NCBI RefSeq assembly: GCF_963921235.1
Contig: NC_086118.1
Span: forward strand, 31,124,001 to 31,188,000
DNA length: 64,000 bases
DNA from: Mobula hypostoma
Taxonomy: Eukaryota
Direction of reading: 5' to 3'
A model generated the notes under the pieces. It made no database searches. It was not told where the DNA came from and saw only the letters and a list, made by a program, of their open reading frames with translations. Below, piece by piece: positions 60,890 to 64,000 of this stretch (position 1 is its first letter; the number at the start of each line of letters is the position of its first letter). The position numbers and the translations under genes are program-made.

Positions 60890-62314
60890 AGTGGTAAATT
60901 GCACCAAAGTGAGTAAGTAGATTTAACTGATGCCATTATTTTACGATCTTTTAAGCTTTTTATTGAGTAACTTTGGGAAGAATGTAGAGCTATCATCAAG
61001 CACATGTAGGTGATTGGCATTGAATTATTGTGTAATAAATGGAGAATATTCTTGATAAAGTTTTTAACAGTTAGATGCAGTGGAACTTAAGTTATTAAGA
61101 AAGATTTTCCATCACTGATATAATTTGCATTCAAAACCATCATCTTTCACTGTGTCCTCTTCAATTGATAGCAGCTGGTCTTGTTATCCCAAACATCTAT
61201 TCAGTATGGAAAATTATTAAATAATACTGCTGACTCAAGTACTTTTGTACTTGATCACTTATTATTTAGTGACTTCACTTCTGATGGCAGCCTAGAGCAA
61301 AAATTGTCATTTTAGAGACTGGAGATACTGGCTGAGAAATTTGCAAGATGCCAAGACCATCTGAAATCTCCAACATGATACTGATGGTTGCCCTTTCTTT
61401 CAAACTCCCTCTGAATTAGTGGAAAAAGAAAAAGGATTTCCCCTGAGATCTTACCATGAAGTAAACAATATCTAGAAGCAATTTTAACTTGCATCAACTG
61501 TGTTTGGTACTGTATGAGCTAAATGACCAAATAGTTGAAATTATAGAACAGTCATGCTCCCAAGATGCTATCCCTTCTAATTTGGCTCTCACCTTAATTT
61601 ATCTTTCACGTTTGAGCAAAAGCAGCAGAAATAGAACATAGATATTTCTTTCATGGAGGTAATGATGTAGATATTGAGAAAACGATGTGGGCCAGAAGTA
61701 TTGTATCCAGTTATTTATTTATAATTTCTTCCAAGGTATACTTGCAAATGTCTTGTATCCATTTTATTAAAGAGTGCAACATGTTTAAAGCAGCCTCATT
61801 ATTCAGTTACGTCTGGTTGCACAGTGATGCAATATATAGTACAACCAGTTTAAGATAACATTGCATGAATACATTGCTTTGTAGTGGGTTTAACCTTTAA
61901 TTTTTCGAATCCTGTAAAGTTTCTGTAACAATAGCTGCAGAAGGGCTTTAGCCTTTGGAGGGTTCGTGAGCCCTGTTGCAGTCCAGTTCTGCTCCCAAAA
62001 TGATTCTTGCGAAGAGCCTTGCTGTCTGAAGTTTAATGGTAGGTAACAGCTGCTGATAAATATGATTCAGAAAAGAATTCAAAGAAGAAAAACGTCACAA
62101 TATTTGCATTGGAAAGCTATTGAACTGAAGTTAAAACAGTATTAATGTTTCAGCTTAAGAGTAGTTGTTAGAATGTGAACTAGACCTCTGTTACCACTGG
62201 ATCTCTTCTAATTTAATTTAAACAAAAAAGTCATACACTTAATGTGCAACATTCATATGAAACAATCATAAATGAATGCTAATATAATGGATGACTTTGC
62301 TGAAACATTTGTAG

Positions 62315-62320
62315 AATAAA
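62315..62320 (+). terminator. Candidate SRSF2 polyadenylation signal AATAAA
   Basis: AATAAA about 1.4 kb after the stop, followed by T/GT-rich sequence at the end of a repeat-free 3'UTR-like tract. Confidence 0.55.
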
Positions 62321-64000
62321 ATTGTTTTGTGCTCATGATTTCACCTATATCTTATTTACCCACTCATTGCTCTGGGCAACTTAGGAACTTTCTACAGTTC
62401 AGAGTTTTATGCACCCTGTTAAATTAATCGTAATGGTAGAAATACACACCAAATAACAAAAGGTGGTAATGAGGTAAGATCCATTGAGAATATCACTATG
62501 CATCATTGAATTCACCTTGATTTACTGTATCTTAACTGGTGTTTTGCCCCTTTCCCTCTTGCATACCTGTGTCCAGATAGATAAAAAGGAAGTACATAAT
62601 TTGATACTTCTACCTAAGTCTTGAAAACTGTCAACTTTTTGAAACGGGCAAAATATCAAAAGATATATATTGCACATTGAGAGTTGTTTCAGACAACTGA
62701 TGAGTCAGCAATCTTAGGATTGCCAGAGGAATTAAATTGATGTCAAATATCAGATTGGACATGATCTTGAGTGAGAGAACATACAGGAGCGATAATGTGG
62801 TTTATACTTATTTTTGGGAATAATTACTACTGGTGGGGGTGGGGGACATTGATTTTTAGGACACTGAGCTGGCTGAAGTGATTTGTGACTCTGGTTTTGG
62901 TAACTCAGTTTTCAAAAACGCTTCCATTTCATGCTGTTCCAGTTATGTAGTACCATGTTCACACTGACAGTTGGGTGACAGAGTCTGAAGCTTCAGACAT
63001 TGAACAATACAGCACAGGAACAGGCCCTTAAGTTGTGCTGAACTAATTGAGTGAATCAAATGAATTAAACTAATCCCTTCTGTCTACATGATGTCTATAC
63101 CCTCATTTCCACCTTGTTAATTTCTTTCCTGACAGACTGCAGCCTGTTTACCTATTGCTCTCCTTATGCCTGATTTTTCTTACATTGACTGTGGTTTCTA
63201 TTTCACATTTTAAAAACTTAAATTAATCCAGCAGTGAATATCTTCAAACTATGACACACACACGATACCAACACTACTCTGAAAGCAGATTGCTTTTGCT
63301 TAGCAGTTTAGTGACTCTATATTTAGGACTTCATGAAATGCTGTAACGTACTTGTTCTACATTTCCAACAGTAATTTGCATATTTTAATTTTATCCTTGG
63401 CCACTAAACCATAAAGATGATAATCCAATATCTAATCTTTAGTTAGAGTATATTTATCTAATTCCTATTAGATTCCTCTTTGGAAGTAAAGCTATGGTGA
63501 ATTTTTGCTGTTACACACAATTTTAAAAAGTTTCCTGTTTTTAAAGGAAACTTGCAGTTAAGCAAATAGTATACAGGAAGTAGATAACTATCAGATGCTA
63601 TGGAAACTGAAGTTGCTTTTTGCAGCAGCCTTAAATTTTGTACTTGTTTGCAAAACTAGTTTTAGTAAGATGTTAGAATTAACTGCATTTTTCATTTTCA
63701 CAGCATTCAAAATCCCTTTGGCATACTAATGAAACTTGTTGCCCTACTCCCTTACCAACTCTAATGTTTCTCAATTGGATTCAAAACTATCAAAGTACAT
63801 GGCATAAAATCTTTGGTCCCTGATGTTTAACATTTTAATTTTGTAATATTAGTCAAGTCAACAGGGTCAGCAATTTGCTACGTATTTCTAGTTGTCATGA
63901 GTATGTGGTTGTGGACTGCTTTCAACAACTGCAGTCTTTGTTTTGATACTCCAGTGATGCTAGATCTGGGTTTTGATCAACTGATAATGAAGTAGCAGTG

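Overview
Eukaryotic, AT-rich, repeat-rich vertebrate DNA. The repeat families (V-SINE/HE1-like, CR1, Rex1/Babar, Penelope-like) suggest a cartilaginous fish, probably a ray; this is inference. Two host genes lie head-to-head around a ~775 bp bidirectional promoter. MFSD11 is on the - strand: I reconstructed 13 coding exons from 57664 down to 30158, all GT-AG and phase-consistent, 1356 nt / 451 aa. SRSF2 is on the + strand: 2 coding exons (58440-58792 and 60607-60889), 211 aa, with a long 3'UTR. Much of the rest is decayed transposable elements: Rex1/Babar, CR1 and RTE LINEs, Gypsy and BEL LTR remnants, Tc1/mariner and hAT derivatives, and Penelope-like elements. The best leads are: (1) a two-LTR Gypsy element whose RT/RNase H/integrase region is replaced by an intronless fragment of the splicing factor RBM25; (2) two unrelated fold-back Penelope-like insertions, each carrying paired minimal hammerhead-ribozyme motifs, plus many short hairpin derivatives; (3) a ~208 bp tandem duplication of the MFSD11-side promoter unit (ETS, NRF1 and a splice donor), which may give two alternative non-coding first exons. 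No prokaryotic features are present. All homology calls come from recalled sequences and motifs, not database searches.
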